Source: Candidatus Altimarinota bacterium
GTDB lineage: Bacteria > Patescibacteriota > Gracilibacteria > BD1-5 > JAGOOR01
Direction: 5' to 3'
NCBI GenBank assembly: GCA_023268615.1
Contig: JALQUC010000026.1
Span: 1 to 40,000, forward strand
DNA length: 40,000 nt
Within the stretch, counting starts at the first letter, position 1; each line of letters starts with the position of its first letter. A program made the position numbers and the translations under genes. A model generated the notes under the pieces. That model was not told the DNA's origin. It saw only the letters and a program-made list of their open reading frames with translations, and searched no databases. Positions 39,883 through 40,000 of this stretch are shown piece after piece.

Positions 39883-40000
39883 GTTGTCCAGGATTTGCAC
39901 CAACCTCTATATGTCTATATTCAGCACCACCTGGAATTGGTTTTTCCGCGACTTTATTACCTGTATTTCCAGAGATATATTTACCTGGTCCGCTGCAAAT
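39869..40000 (-). CDS. hypothetical protein, 3' end only (5' part beyond window)
   Basis: Minus frame open from 40000 to TAA 39869-39871 (...ICSGPGKYISGNTGNKVAEKPIPGGAEYRHIEVGANPGQQMAA). Confidence 0.3.
   Translation of the reverse strand: MCSGPGKYISGNTGNKVAEKPIPGGAEYRHIEVGANPGQQMAA

Noticed and set aside
1-40000. Fragmented ORFs in the six-frame track could mean a decaying genome full of pseudogenes or frameshift errors.
   Set aside because: The fragments of each gene share one frame and are separated only by TGA, never by TAA/TAG or frame changes. Conserved motifs continue seamlessly across the TGA positions, so stop-codon reassignment explains everything.
1-40000. TGA decoded as Trp (translation table 4, Mycoplasma-like).
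   Set aside because: At alignable conserved positions TGA coincides with Gly (GxSxG, cyclophilin VFG, HisS LG, PurL FGGAAT), not Trp. TGG is used at typical Trp positions (for example WIIDNHNHAFAFW).

Overview
This 40-kb bacterial chromosomal window only gives intact genes if TGA is read as a sense codon. Nearly all long genes are broken in the standard-code ORF track at TGA alone. Every CDS end I call is TAA or TAG. Where TGA falls on a recognisable conserved position it aligns with Gly: the GxSxG elbow of a hydrolase, the cyclophilin ..VFG.. motif, HisS ..LG.., and PurL EPF-G-G-AAT. I therefore annotated with translation table 25 (UGA=Gly), the code of Gracilibacteria/Absconditabacteria-type lineages. 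Content by region: (a) 1-5500 holds a minus-strand block (NMN-adenylyltransferase-like, metallophosphoesterase, trpS, GT2 glycosyltransferase) plus a UPF0489-like gene. (b) About 5560-11700, possibly to about 12700, is an AT-rich accessory segment next to tRNA-Cys. It carries a large serine recombinase, a secreted SLH-SNase-Excalibur nuclease, an AAA-ATPase + RloB/TOPRIM (AbiL/PARIS/OLD-like) pair, a family of covarying hairpins and a small conserved peptide gene. (c) 12858-39244 is an almost uniformly plus-strand housekeeping block: cyclophilin, purM-purL-purC, hisS, rpmH-rnpA-yidC, a TrpR-like regulator, a fused TrpE/PabB-GATase, tRNA-Leu, a four-helix-bundle gene, dnaN, recF, a flavodoxin-like reductase, MarR + MFP + RND efflux, and HIT. 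A convergent 3D-domain gene lies at the right edge. No dnaA, rRNA or CRISPR array is present. The most unusual signal is a set of short palindromic MITE/RPE-like elements sitting in frame inside essential genes (nadM-like with a clean 8-bp target-site duplication, recF, rnpA). They contain TGA but no TAA/TAG, so they stay translatable only because of the recoding. All calls come from manual translation and motif recognition; no database search was possible.
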